Shown here piece by piece: positions 29,420 to 39,302 of a DNA stretch of 64,000 bases. Below the pieces are notes generated by a model that was given only the letters and a program-made list of their open reading frames with translations, ran no database searches and was not told the DNA's origin. The DNA comes from Salinispira sp. GTDB taxonomy: Bacteria; Spirochaetota; Spirochaetia; DSM-27196; Salinispiraceae. Where the stretch lies: contig CBDDDG010000012.1 in NCBI GenBank assembly GCA_965226555.1, forward strand, positions 32,001 to 96,000, given 5' to 3'. Positions within the stretch are counted from its first letter, which is position 1. Each line of letters starts with the position of its first letter. The translations under genes were made by a program, and so were the position numbers.

Positions 29420-30700
29420 ATGCCGAAAATAGAAGGATTCCGGGTCAGGAATTATCGAACATTGAAAGATGTCGCACTGGGGCGCTTTTGGAATCAGCAA
29501 AAAACCGCTCCCCTCACTCCACTGACGGCGGTCATAGGAAAAAACGGCGTGGGCAAGAGCACATTGTTCGATTCCTTTGGCTTTCTCGCAGATTGCCTGA
29601 AAAATGGCGTTGAAGAGGCCTGCGATTCGCGCAATAGAGGCGGTTTCGACAAAATTCGCTCGCAGGGAAGTACCGATCCAATTAAATTTGAAATTTATTA
29701 TAAAGAAGATGGTAATGCCCGTCCCATTACCTATCTATTATCCATTGATCAGGATAAAGCCGGCCGACCGTATGTTCTTGCAGAAGCACTTTGGCAGTAC
29801 TCTCAAGGACAAAAAAGTGTAAAGATACTTTCGTTTCTGTTTTTTAATGAGGGAAGGGGACTTGTCTGGAAAGGTGATGAAGCGAAAGGCGATATGAATA
29901 GTCAAGATTTAATCCATGCTATAAATGATCTTGAAGTTAGGGCAGAGCTTATAGAATCAGAGAAACTCGAATTCGTTGAGCTTGAAGATCATCGCAGGCT
30001 GGGCATTGCGACCTTCGGATATTTGAAACAACACCCGCGAATTTCCGCGCTCCGACGTTTCATTGAAGGCTGGTATGTAAGTTATTTTACCCCCGATGCC
30101 TCGCGAAGTTTGCCCCTCGCCGGGCCCCAGAAACATCTGAATATTCATGGAGACAACCTTGGAAATGTCGTTCAGTTCATGGAACGCGAACATCCCAAAC
30201 GATTCCAAAGCATTCTCAACAACATTGCAAATAAAATACCCGGCATACACAATATCGACACCGAAAAAACCAGCGATGGAAGGCTTTTACTCCGCTTTAA
30301 CGACAAAGGTTTTAACGATCCATTTTATGCTCAGCACATGTCAGACGGCACATTGAAGGTGTTTGCGTATCTCCTGTTGTTGGAAGACCCCTCCCCGCCG
30401 CCTTTTTTATGTATTGAGGAACCTGAGAATGGACTGTATCACAAGCTTCTCGAAAATTTGGCAGAAGGATTTCGCGCCCACGCGACAGGCAGGAAGGGGA
30501 GCTCTCAGATCTTCATTACGACTCATCAGCCGTATTTTGTTAATGCTCTGAATCCCAATGAAGTCTGGATACTCGAAAAAGGAAGCGATGGGTTCTCCTC
30601 CATCCGCAGGGCAAGTGATAATGAACTTGTAAGAAATATGGTTGCTGAGGGACTACCTTTAGGCGGTTTGTGGTACAGCGAGTATTTGGATGCGGAGTGA
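29420..30700 (+). CDS. AAA_21/AbiEii-like ABC-type ATPase
   Basis: GKNGVGKS, MSDGTLK, IEEPENGL and TTHQP. Confidence 0.88.
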   Translation: MPKIEGFRVRNYRTLKDVALGRFWNQQKTAPLTPLTAVIGKNGVGKSTLFDSFGFLADCLKNGVEEACDSRNRGGFDKIRSQGSTDPIKFEIYYKEDGNARPITYLLSIDQDKAGRPYVLAEALWQYSQGQKSVKILSFLFFNEGRGLVWKGDEAKGDMNSQDLIHAINDLEVRAELIESEKLEFVELEDHRRLGIATFGYLKQHPRISALRRFIEGWYVSYFTPDASRSLPLAGPQKHLNIHGDNLGNVVQFMEREHPKRFQSILNNIANKIPGIHNIDTEKTSDGRLLLRFNDKGFNDPFYAQHMSDGTLKVFAYLLLLEDPSPPPFLCIEEPENGLYHKLLENLAEGFRAHATGRKGSSQIFITTHQPYFVNALNPNEVWILEKGSDGFSSIRRASDNELVRNMVAEGLPLGGLWYSEYLDAE

Positions 30701-30709
30701 GCGAATACC

Positions 30710-31447
30710 ATGGCAGATAATCGCGCAGAACTGTATATAGTGGCAACTCCCATCGGAAACCTTAACGACATTACGTTGCGGGCGCTTGAGACGCTGCGGT
30801 CGGTAGATGTCATTGCCTGTGAAGATACCCGCCACAGTCTCCGCCTGCTGAACGCTCACGGCATCAGCAAGCCGCTCATTTCCTGCCGAGCGCATAATGA
30901 GTCGGCAGCTGTCAGACAGATTATTTCGCGGCTTGAAGCGGGTGAGAACATTGCATTTGTAAGCGATGCGGGAACTCCCGGCATCAGCGACCCGGGCACC
31001 CTGCTGGTGCGGAAGGTTCGGGATGAAGGATTCAGAGTAGTTCCCATTCCGGGTGCTTCGGCGCTCAGCGCCATTATGAGTATAAGCGGATTTTCAGGAA
31101 AGCGGGTTATTTTTGAAGGATTTCTGAGTCCTAAGAGCGGAAAAAGAAAAAAACAGATTAAGGACTTGCTTGAAATGGATTCTTCCTTTATACTTTATGA
31201 GTCGCCATTCAGAATAGTAAAGTTGCTTGCCGATATGGCAGAATTGTGTCTGCAACGTTCTGAAAACAGAAAAATACTCTGCGGCAGGGAGCTGACAAAG
31301 GTATACGAAGAGGTTCTGGAAGGACATGCCGATGAGTTATATAATATACTTGCGGCACGACCATCAATAAAGGGAGAGTTTGTTGTGCTTGTGTCATCGC
31401 CAATGCGCTTGCCATCAACATCGCCGCTACCATCGGCATCCCCATAA
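30710..31447 (+). CDS. rsmI: 16S rRNA C1402 2'-O-methyltransferase
   Basis: LYIVATPIGNL, CEDTR, SDAGTPGISDPG, YESPFR and RELTK. Confidence 0.97.
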   Translation: MADNRAELYIVATPIGNLNDITLRALETLRSVDVIACEDTRHSLRLLNAHGISKPLISCRAHNESAAVRQIISRLEAGENIAFVSDAGTPGISDPGTLLVRKVRDEGFRVVPIPGASALSAIMSISGFSGKRVIFEGFLSPKSGKRKKQIKDLLEMDSSFILYESPFRIVKLLADMAELCLQRSENRKILCGRELTKVYEEVLEGHADELYNILAARPSIKGEFVVLVSSPMRLPSTSPLPSASP

Positions 31448-31455
31448 AAGGAACT

Positions 31456-31482
31456 TAATATTTTACCCCCGGGAGCCGATAG
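31456..31482 (+). promoter_or_regulatory. Sigma-28 (FliA) promoter of flgM
   Basis: TAAT-N15-GCCGATAG against consensus TAAA-N15-GCCGATAA, directly upstream of flgM. Confidence 0.75.
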
Positions 31483-31506
31483 TATTATTGAGAGGAAGTA
31501 TTAATT

Positions 31507-31791
31507 ATGAGTATTGAAGGGCTTGGTCCATTAGACCCTGTGTCTCCATACAAGAAAAATCAGAAACCTTCTCCAGTTGATACCGAAAATAGTAAGGATT
31601 CCATATCCTTATCCGCTGAGGCAAAGCACAAAGCCGAAATGCTCAAAACTTCAGAAGAAGTACACATGGCCCCCGACATTCGTGAAGACCGCATTGCGGA
31701 AGTGCGGGAAAAACTCAAGGATCCTTCCTACATTAACAAGGCTGTTATTGATGAAGTTGCGGAAAAAATTGTGAATATGTTTAAAATATAA
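31507..31791 (+). CDS. flgM: Anti-sigma-28 factor FlgM
   Basis: DSISLSAEA...PDIREDRIAEVREKL...Y pattern; sigma-28 promoter. Confidence 0.88.
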   Translation: MSIEGLGPLDPVSPYKKNQKPSPVDTENSKDSISLSAEAKHKAEMLKTSEEVHMAPDIREDRIAEVREKLKDPSYINKAVIDEVAEKIVNMFKI

Positions 31792-31792
31792 C

Positions 31793-31846
31793 AAAGTTTT
31801 GCTGCTGAAATTGTGCTCTGCAAAACTTTATCAATGCAAAACTTTT
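31793..31846. repeat. Modular palindromic repeat
   Basis: AAAGTTTTGCTGCTGAAATTGTGCTCTGCAAAACTTTATCAATGCAAAACTTT between convergent genes. Confidence 0.88.
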
Positions 31847-32294
31847 ACGGTTTTTGCTTCCCTTCAGCAACCTTCATGCCATTGACATAGGCTTCAAAAC
31901 GAATTTCTGCGCAATGCCTGAGTGTATGTGCCACCGCGCAGTAATCATTAAGAGACAGTTCAATACTCCGTACAATTTTTTTCGGATCAAGGGCAGAATC
32001 ATCACCCCCAAAACGATATTGTATGAGAATTGAGGTGTACACCATCGGATGGGTATCCGCCTTTTCAGCTTCAATGGTAATGGTGAAATCTTTAAATTCC
32101 ACCCGTTTTTTTTCAAGTATGGAAATAACATCCATAGCAGTACAGCCGGCCAGAGCGCTCAGCATGAGCCCCTTTGGCTGCGGCCCCCTGTCTTTGCCGC
32201 CGAATTCCTCAGGAGCATCAACAGTAATACTCCTGCCCTGCAGTTCAAGATTAAGCGCCATTCCCTCTATCCACTTTGCGCTGACCCTTGCCAT
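31845..32294 (-). CDS. OsmC/YhfA-family protein
   Basis: GPQPKGLMLSALAGCTAMDV and YCAV. Confidence 0.9.
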   Translation of the reverse strand: MARVSAKWIEGMALNLELQGRSITVDAPEEFGGKDRGPQPKGLMLSALAGCTAMDVISILEKKRVEFKDFTITIEAEKADTHPMVYTSILIQYRFGGDDSALDPKKIVRSIELSLNDYCAVAHTLRHCAEIRFEAYVNGMKVAEGKQKP

Positions 32295-32324
32295 AAACGC
32301 CTCCTGTTCATAGAATATCGTCTA

Positions 32325-32377
32325 GAAACTTTTGCATTGGAAAATTGTGCTTGCACAATTTCCAGTAGCAAAACTTT
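32325..32377. repeat. Modular palindromic repeat (nested hairpin)
   Basis: GAAACTTTTGCATTGGAAAATTGTGCTTGCACAATTTCCAGTAGCAAAACTTT. Confidence 0.92.
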
Positions 32378-32493
32378 GGTTTATGATAACATGGTTTTAT
32401 CCATGTGTACCATGGCGGCCATGGTCATGGCGAATTCAACCATGCAATAGTCGGTCGCTCATAGTATAATGCGTAATAGTTAGGAGGATCACA

Positions 32494-33807
32494 ATGTCAT
32501 CGAAAAAAATGTCATCGAAAAAAATGAATTTATGGGGCGCCGTCGCAATTGGTATTGGCGGAATGGTTGGCGGCGGCATATTTGCTGTTTTAGGTCTTGC
32601 GGTGAATTTTGCTCAGGGAGCAACACCAGTTGCATTTTTCATTGCGGGAGTAATTGCGCTGATAACCGGCTATAGTTATTCAAAATTGTCAGTTCATATT
32701 CCGAGCCGCGGCGGAACGGTCACGTTTATTGATCAGACCTTTGGCACCTGCCTGTTCAGCGGCGGTATGAATAATCTGCTCTGGATCAGTTACATTGTCA
32801 TGCTTTCCCTCTATGCCAGCGCCTTCGGCAGCTATGCCGCCGGTTTGGCACTGAACAATCCGGTTATGGATCCGGTAGTTCTCAAACATGTTTTTATTAC
32901 CGCAGTGCTCATTCTTTCTGCTGTCCTGAATTTTGCGAGCGCCAGACTTATTGGAACCGTGGAAACAGTGGTGGTGGTCATTAAATTGAGCATGCTTGCG
33001 TTTTTTATTGTGCTTGGACTGGTTTTTTTACCTGCTAATGCGAATAGCGCCCAGCTTGCTCCCGGAAACTGGGAATCGATTATAAAGATTATTGCGGGCG
33101 GAATGATTATTTTTCTTGCCTATGAAGGATTTGAACTCATTGCCAACACAGCTCTTGATATTAGCGATCCTTCGCGCAACCTCCCCCGCGCGTATTTCAT
33201 TTCAATTATAGTAGTTATTGTTTTGTATATTCTGGTAGCCATTGTGACAGTTGGGAGTCTTCCTTTTCAGCAGATCGCTGAGGCTCAGGACTATGCGCTT
33301 GCTGCGGCAGCCAAGCCCTTCATGGGGGAACTCGGGTACACCTTAATTGCGATAACTGCCCTGCTCTCAACATTTTCTGCCATAAATGCCACGTATTATG
33401 GCGGCAGCAGGGTGAGTGTAACAATTTCGGAAGATGATGAACTGCCGTATGCACTTACCAGAAAGGTCTTCGGTCAGCCGATTGGATTAATTATCACAAC
33501 TGTTTTGGCGCTGCTCTCTGCCAATCTGATGGATCTTGAGAGCATTTCAACCTCAGGCAGCGCCGGGTTTTTGCTTATTTTTGCGGTAGTGAATGCTGCC
33601 AATTATCGGCAGGCAAAGAACATTAAGAGCAACCGCTTTATTGCCATGCTTGGTGTAATTCTTTGTTTAGCTGCTGTATTTGTTTTGATGATTCAGCAGT
33701 TTACGACTAACCTCGTGGGGGCGCTTGTTGTACTCGGCATGGTAATAGGATCGTTTCTTATTGAATTGATATACAAGCGGAAGGAGTACGGGCATGCACA
33801 TGAGTAA
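32494..33807 (+). CDS. APC-family amino acid permease
   Basis: GIGGMVGGGIF, AYEGFE and about 12 TM segments. Confidence 0.92.
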   Translation: MSSKKMSSKKMNLWGAVAIGIGGMVGGGIFAVLGLAVNFAQGATPVAFFIAGVIALITGYSYSKLSVHIPSRGGTVTFIDQTFGTCLFSGGMNNLLWISYIVMLSLYASAFGSYAAGLALNNPVMDPVVLKHVFITAVLILSAVLNFASARLIGTVETVVVVIKLSMLAFFIVLGLVFLPANANSAQLAPGNWESIIKIIAGGMIIFLAYEGFELIANTALDISDPSRNLPRAYFISIIVVIVLYILVAIVTVGSLPFQQIAEAQDYALAAAAKPFMGELGYTLIAITALLSTFSAINATYYGGSRVSVTISEDDELPYALTRKVFGQPIGLIITTVLALLSANLMDLESISTSGSAGFLLIFAVVNAANYRQAKNIKSNRFIAMLGVILCLAAVFVLMIQQFTTNLVGALVVLGMVIGSFLIELIYKRKEYGHAHE

Positions 33808-34351
33808 CATTGTAACAGTTACATCCGAGGAGCTTGGGGGAAAAAACATTATTTATCTTCAGCGCATTTCTACGCCTCTCGGAGAGATGCATGCCGGAGC
33901 AAGCGATGAAGGACTTTGTCTGCTTGAGTTTATTGAACGCCGTATGCTGAAAACGGAATGCGCCGATCTCCGGAAACGTCTGAAGGCTGAATTTGTTGAT
34001 GCAAGCAATGTTCATATACAGCAGGTCAGGGAAGAGCTGGATGAGTATTTTGATGGGAGACGGAAGATTTTCACTGTGCCGCTTCATACACCGGGAACCA
34101 ATTTTCAACAGCAGGTATGGGAGGCATTGAAGTTGGTTGCGTATGGCAGCACAATGAGTTATTCAGCGCTTGCCGAAGTCATGGGGAATGTTCGCTCAGT
34201 TCGGGCTGCGGCAAACGCTGTGGGTCAGAACCGTATCGGCATTATCATTCCCTGCCATAGAATTATTGGAAAGGACGGAAGCCTTACCGGTTATGGCGGC
34301 GGGCTGCACCGTAAACGCGCTCTTCTCGATCTTGAAAGTGAAAGCCGGTAA
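33800..34351 (+). CDS. ogt: Methylated-DNA--protein-cysteine methyltransferase
   Basis: GTNFQQQVW, IPCHRII and LTGYGGG. Confidence 0.93.
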   Translation: MSNIVTVTSEELGGKNIIYLQRISTPLGEMHAGASDEGLCLLEFIERRMLKTECADLRKRLKAEFVDASNVHIQQVREELDEYFDGRRKIFTVPLHTPGTNFQQQVWEALKLVAYGSTMSYSALAEVMGNVRSVRAAANAVGQNRIGIIIPCHRIIGKDGSLTGYGGGLHRKRALLDLESESR

Positions 34352-34393
34352 ATCTACCGGAAGGCGGATGAACTATCTGCTTACTCTGATCCT

Positions 34394-35272
34394 TTACTCT
34401 GATTGTTTTATGAGCATATCTCGGTAGAGTTGCTCCCGTTTGTGTAATGTTTCCATCGGCACCTGATATGCCGTTTCCAATTCCTGCCGGGTACAGACAT
34501 CTTCTGTTCTGCCGAGGACAAAATTACCGTCTTTGCGCATGAGGAGCATGTTGTCAGCGTATTTTTGGCAGAGATGAATGTTGTGAGCGGAGAAGTATAC
34601 GTGGCGTTGCCGACTGCGGCAGTAATCTTGAAGGTACTCCATTGCAGCTTCTTTCTGATGCTCTTCCATAGCAAACATCGATTCATCCATAACGATAAGA
34701 GCCGAACCGTAGATAATTGCAAGAGCAATAAGAACCCGCTGCATTTCCCCCTTAGAAAGCTGTTGAAACCTGCGTTCCATGAGGCTGCCAAGATCAAGAA
34801 CCCCTCTGCATTCTTCCATGAGCCCGACATCGGCATTACCATGCAGGCCGAGAGAAAATACGTTTTCCATGAGCTCTGCGACAGAATACCGATTTTCAAA
34901 TTCCATATTCTGATAGATCATGCTTGCCAGAGCATTTCGTTCATGCTCTGCTTTATGTTCTCTCTGCGGATCAGCTGCCGCATCGCGCCATCGGGATGTT
35001 TTCTCATGAAGAAGGCGGATATCTCCGGCAACCGGAAAAAGTCGGGCAGCCGCAAGCAGCAAAAGGGTACTTTTTCCAATACCATTTCCCCCCGCCACAC
35101 TCAAAATACCCCCGGGGAGATCAAGATCAAGCTCCCGGAATATGAAATGAACATCGTCCGCGTTCATTTCCTCCCTGTTGGCAGGAGCATCCGCATTCAC
35201 ATAAAAAAAGGAAACATTTCTGAATTGAACAAGAGGGGAATACGTACTCATGAATAATAGTATATCAGACAT
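34394..35272 (-). CDS. ABC transporter ATP-binding protein
   Basis: GGNGIGKST, LSKGEMQR, VMDE and SAH. Confidence 0.85.
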   Translation of the reverse strand: MSDILLFMSTYSPLVQFRNVSFFYVNADAPANREEMNADDVHFIFRELDLDLPGGILSVAGGNGIGKSTLLLLAAARLFPVAGDIRLLHEKTSRWRDAAADPQREHKAEHERNALASMIYQNMEFENRYSVAELMENVFSLGLHGNADVGLMEECRGVLDLGSLMERRFQQLSKGEMQRVLIALAIIYGSALIVMDESMFAMEEHQKEAAMEYLQDYCRSRQRHVYFSAHNIHLCQKYADNMLLMRKDGNFVLGRTEDVCTRQELETAYQVPMETLHKREQLYRDMLIKQSE

Positions 35273-35339
35273 ACGCGCCGACAGTGCGCCTATTACGAAA
35301 AATCGGTTATACTACTGAGAAACCACTGGGGAATCATGT

Positions 35340-36503
35340 ATGAACATACATTCGGAGCAATGTGGAAAAACTCAGGCCGGTGAAATAGTGAGATCGTGGA
35401 AACTATCTTCTCCAGAACTATCGTCCTCCGGCGGTATGAGTATTGAACTGCTCGACTACGGTGCGAGCATCCGCTCTGTCCGCTGGCATGATCGTGAGAT
35501 TTGTTGTGCTCTTAATTCACTGGAGGCCTATGAGAGGCAAACTGCCTATATGGGCGCGGTGTGCGGGCGGTTTTCAAACAGAATTGCCAATTCCCGCTTC
35601 ACCCTCAATGGAAAAACACACAATCTTTACCCTAATGATCCGCCGCACAGCCTGCATGGCGGCCGTAAGGGCTTTGCGCGCGCTGTCTGGAACACTGAGC
35701 CCATACATGGCGGAACCGAACATGGCGGAGCCGGACTGCGGTTTTATCGGTATTCTCCTGACGGTGAGGATGGGTATCCGGGAAATCTGCGCGTGGAAGT
35801 GGAGTATCATCTCATTGAAAATCGACACATGGAGGATCAGCGCATTGAGGATCAGCAGGGAGCAATACTTGTTATATATTATCGGGCTAAGTGCGATGCG
35901 CCGACTCCGGTGAACTTGACTAACCATGCCTATTGGAACCTTGAGGGAGAGGATAGGGGGCATATCAATAATCATACATTTACGATTGCCGCAGACAAAT
36001 ATGTTGATGTCGATTCACGCCGTATTCCAACCGGCCTGCTTGCTGACGCTGACGGGCACATGGATTTGAGGAAGGCGGTTTCGCTTAGCGGGCGGTTGGG
36101 AAGCGGTGCCGAACTGCCTGAAGGTTTTGATCATTGTTATGCCGTGAATGCCGATGCGCCTCTGCTGCAACATACCGAGTGGGGATCGGATGTCCTTGAA
36201 AAACTCGACCGGAAACTTGTTCGGTGTGCCCGGAATGCCCGCTGCGCTGCCCGTGCGAGGGTGCCTGAATCGGGTCATTGCATGGAAATTTATACGGATT
36301 ATCCGGGAATTCAGTTTTATACCGGGTGTTTTCTCAATGAAAAAAACGGCAGAAACAATCGGCACTATCAACCCTTCAGCGCCTTCTGTCTTGAAACACA
36401 GTTCTTTCCCGATTCACCAAATCAGAGAGAGTTTCCCAATACCATTCTTCACCCGGGAGAGCTCTATGAAAAAATAACAATTCACCGATTTATGGCGGAT
36501 TGA
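35340..36503 (+). CDS. galM: Aldose 1-epimerase
   Basis: GRFSNRI, LHGG, NLTNHAYWNL and FCLETQFFPD. Confidence 0.95.
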   Translation: MNIHSEQCGKTQAGEIVRSWKLSSPELSSSGGMSIELLDYGASIRSVRWHDREICCALNSLEAYERQTAYMGAVCGRFSNRIANSRFTLNGKTHNLYPNDPPHSLHGGRKGFARAVWNTEPIHGGTEHGGAGLRFYRYSPDGEDGYPGNLRVEVEYHLIENRHMEDQRIEDQQGAILVIYYRAKCDAPTPVNLTNHAYWNLEGEDRGHINNHTFTIAADKYVDVDSRRIPTGLLADADGHMDLRKAVSLSGRLGSGAELPEGFDHCYAVNADAPLLQHTEWGSDVLEKLDRKLVRCARNARCAARARVPESGHCMEIYTDYPGIQFYTGCFLNEKNGRNNRHYQPFSAFCLETQFFPDSPNQREFPNTILHPGELYEKITIHRFMAD

Positions 36504-36541
36504 CAGAGCCGCAAAACATTCTTTTCCGGCATGAGGCATAA

Positions 36542-36814
36542 TTATTGCTGTGTGAAAAGTACCAGTATGGTAATCATAACCGGGAAGATAAGAGCAAGTA
36601 GCCAGAATATGTGGCGAATGGATTTCGTTATATCTTCTCGCAGTGCCTGCATATCTGCTCGCAACACCTGCATATCTTTTTTTAGGAGTTGAATATCCTG
36701 TTTTGTTGCGAGTTCTTCGTTTTGCTGCGCAATGACATGTACCAGCACTTCCGACTGCTTGCGGGAGAAGCCGTTTTCCTGCAGTGTGTTTGATGCTGTG
36801 AGTGTATCAATCAT
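36542..36814 (-). CDS. Small DUF1640/CCDC90-like coiled-coil membrane protein
   Basis: DTL...L...GF...Q.E and LATKQDI; C-terminal TM. Confidence 0.7.
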   Translation of the reverse strand: MIDTLTASNTLQENGFSRKQSEVLVHVIAQQNEELATKQDIQLLKKDMQVLRADMQALREDITKSIRHIFWLLALIFPVMITILVLFTQQ

Positions 36815-36968
36815 GCTTATAATATAGGAAGATGAAAGATAAATGTCAATATCACTGCAAAAATTTTCAGTGAGTATCCATATTGTTGTTTTATTTACCC
36901 GGATACCCTTTCTGATTTTTTCTTCGGCGGATGGTGAATTTCTCCCGAAAGTTGAAGCTCATGTTGCA

Positions 36969-38430
36969 CAGAACTTCCCCAACAAGTTTTTTTCAGACCA
37001 TTGCAGGAATTCTCATACACATTTATGATCTACTATGGGAGGGGGACTATGTGTTCTCAGAAAAAAAGTGTTGCCCGAACCTTTATTCAAAGGCTCGGAC
37101 AGATGCTGAAAACAACCAATTTAACCGACCCTCGGAAACGACCGGTTGTTCAGCTATCACAAATAATGGCTCTCATTATATCGATGCCATTATTTTCATG
37201 CAAGAGTCTGTTTGATCTCGATTATCTGGCTCGGAATAAACATGTTCGGAAGTTACTCGGCAGCAAACGGTATATGGTCGGTTCCGACAGCACCATACAA
37301 CGGGTGATTTCTCAGATCATACCGGATGAAGTGACGACGATGGTGGGAACCAGTATGAAGTTGTCAGTGAGTGACACTGAAGAATCGTGTTATTTGGACA
37401 CGGGAGTTCATCGGAGTATTGGTATTGTCGATGGCACCTGTGTCTTCGGGAGCGTCTGGTTCACCGTGCTGGCGCGACCGACAAAGACAGGAACGTATGC
37501 GCAGGTTGTGAGACCGATGAAGGGCAGAGGGCACGAACTGCGCGGGTCTGAAGAAATGCTTTTGAGGGAAGGAGATACCCTGCCGCAATTGTTAAGTTTC
37601 GATGGGCTCTATCTGTGTGAGCCCTTTCTTCATCTGATCTGCGCAAAATTAAAGCGTCATATTCTGGTGAAATTTCGTTCGGTAAAGCGGGATGGCACTC
37701 CGCGGAAACATGAGCGGTTGCTCCTTGATCGCGCAGCCCGCTATATGGAACATCAGGGGTTCTATAGTGATGCAGTCCAAACCGCGAGCGGGTATGATTA
37801 TCAACGATCAACGAGTTACCAGATTGAGGCAGTGCCTGACGAATGGCATGGTGTGCCGGTGCTGGTGCTGCGGGTCACTGAAGGGAAGGAGACGTTCTGG
37901 GTAATTACGAGTGATGTACATCTGTCATTGCCTGCTGCGCGGGAAGCTGCGCATCTACGGTGGAGCATAGAAAATGATGAGTTTAAGCGCATGTCGTATC
38001 TTACCGGCACCAAGAGAGTGCGGACGCATAACAAGATCGCCGCTGTGTGTTTGTTGTGCTGCATTGCCATGGGGGTCAATTTTCTCACCAGTATCAACCA
38101 TGTGCTGGCGAGCGTCGTAACAAAAACGCTTCCTGTTAAGCGAACATGGAAAATAACAGGGCAGTGGATATGGAAAGGAATGAAATGGCAGATTCGCATA
38201 GGAGGGATGTCTGTGTTGAGCTAAGTAGTGAACAATCGGTCGTTTTCGAGGGCAGTCTACCGAGTTGATTTCTTACATATCACTAACACACAATCAACGC
38301 AGACCAGCGGTTCTGCGGCGGGGGTGGTCTATGCGCCCGGTATTCCCGCCACATACTCACTGCTCAAGGGCAAAATCTCCCTCCATTATTCTGTCAAAAT
38401 CCCGTCAAAAAAATTGTTGGGGAAGTTCTG
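36969..38430 (+). mobile_element. 1462-bp insertion sequence, copy 2
   Basis: Same TIRs as copy 1; perfect 9-bp TSD CATGTTGCA at 36960-36968 and 38431-38439. Confidence 0.96.
37049..38224 (+). CDS. DDE transposase (391 aa)
   Basis: Differs from 1886-3061 at only a few residues. Confidence 0.88.
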   Translation: MCSQKKSVARTFIQRLGQMLKTTNLTDPRKRPVVQLSQIMALIISMPLFSCKSLFDLDYLARNKHVRKLLGSKRYMVGSDSTIQRVISQIIPDEVTTMVGTSMKLSVSDTEESCYLDTGVHRSIGIVDGTCVFGSVWFTVLARPTKTGTYAQVVRPMKGRGHELRGSEEMLLREGDTLPQLLSFDGLYLCEPFLHLICAKLKRHILVKFRSVKRDGTPRKHERLLLDRAARYMEHQGFYSDAVQTASGYDYQRSTSYQIEAVPDEWHGVPVLVLRVTEGKETFWVITSDVHLSLPAAREAAHLRWSIENDEFKRMSYLTGTKRVRTHNKIAAVCLLCCIAMGVNFLTSINHVLASVVTKTLPVKRTWKITGQWIWKGMKWQIRIGGMSVLS

Positions 38431-38519
38431 CATGTTGCAATAACCGTATTGCTTTTAGCAAAGTATTTTGGTAAAATAGTCAGGGTGCCATATCAATTTA
38501 CATGTCAGAATAAAGGAAG

Positions 38520-39302
38520 ATGCCAGTGGAAAATACTGTGTCAGTGACGCGTACAACAGAATGTCTCATTGATCCGGGAATTGAAACAAAAAATACCCTT
38601 CGCCTCAATGTGTTTTCTTCTCAACGGGAGATGAATCAGCCCGATGTTGTTCTCCCGAAGGAATTGAAACTGAATACGCGGCTAAAAATGGATGGGGTGC
38701 AGTTTCTTGCCATGTTGCCCCAAAATAGTTTTACGGTATGTTTTTTCGATCCCCAATATCGGGGCGTGCTGGATCATCTCGGCTACGGCAATGAGGGAAA
38801 AAGCAGAGGGAAGGAACGCTGCGCATTGCGGCAGATGGACATAAGTACCATTCGCAATTTTATTTCGAAAATTAACTCCATTCTCATACCTTCCGGTCAT
38901 GTGTTTTTGTGGATGGACAAATTTCACCTGTGCCAAGGCAGTGTTCGGGAGTGGATTGACGGAACCACGTTGGATATTGTAGATATGCTGGTGTGGAATA
39001 AACAACGCATGGGCATGGGGTATAGAACCAGAAGAGTATCGGAATACCTTGTTATTTTGCAGAAACGCCCGAAACGGGCGAAGGGAGTATGGAAGGTTCA
39101 CACTATTCGTGATGTCTGGGAAGAAAAACTGACAAAGAACGGACATACACATAGGAAACCGGAGAATCTGCAGGGGGAATTGATAGCAGCAGTGAGTAAT
39201 GAGGGCGATATTATCATTGACCCTGCCGCTGGATCCTTTTCGGTTATGGAATCGGCGCAGGCGCGGCGGCGGCGTTTTTTAGGATGCGATTTGAACGGAT
39301 AA
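38520..39302 (+). CDS. N4/N6 DNA methyltransferase
   Basis: FDPQY, HTHRKP and DPAAGS. Confidence 0.85.
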   Translation: MPVENTVSVTRTTECLIDPGIETKNTLRLNVFSSQREMNQPDVVLPKELKLNTRLKMDGVQFLAMLPQNSFTVCFFDPQYRGVLDHLGYGNEGKSRGKERCALRQMDISTIRNFISKINSILIPSGHVFLWMDKFHLCQGSVREWIDGTTLDIVDMLVWNKQRMGMGYRTRRVSEYLVILQKRPKRAKGVWKVHTIRDVWEEKLTKNGHTHRKPENLQGELIAAVSNEGDIIIDPAAGSFSVMESAQARRRRFLGCDLNG

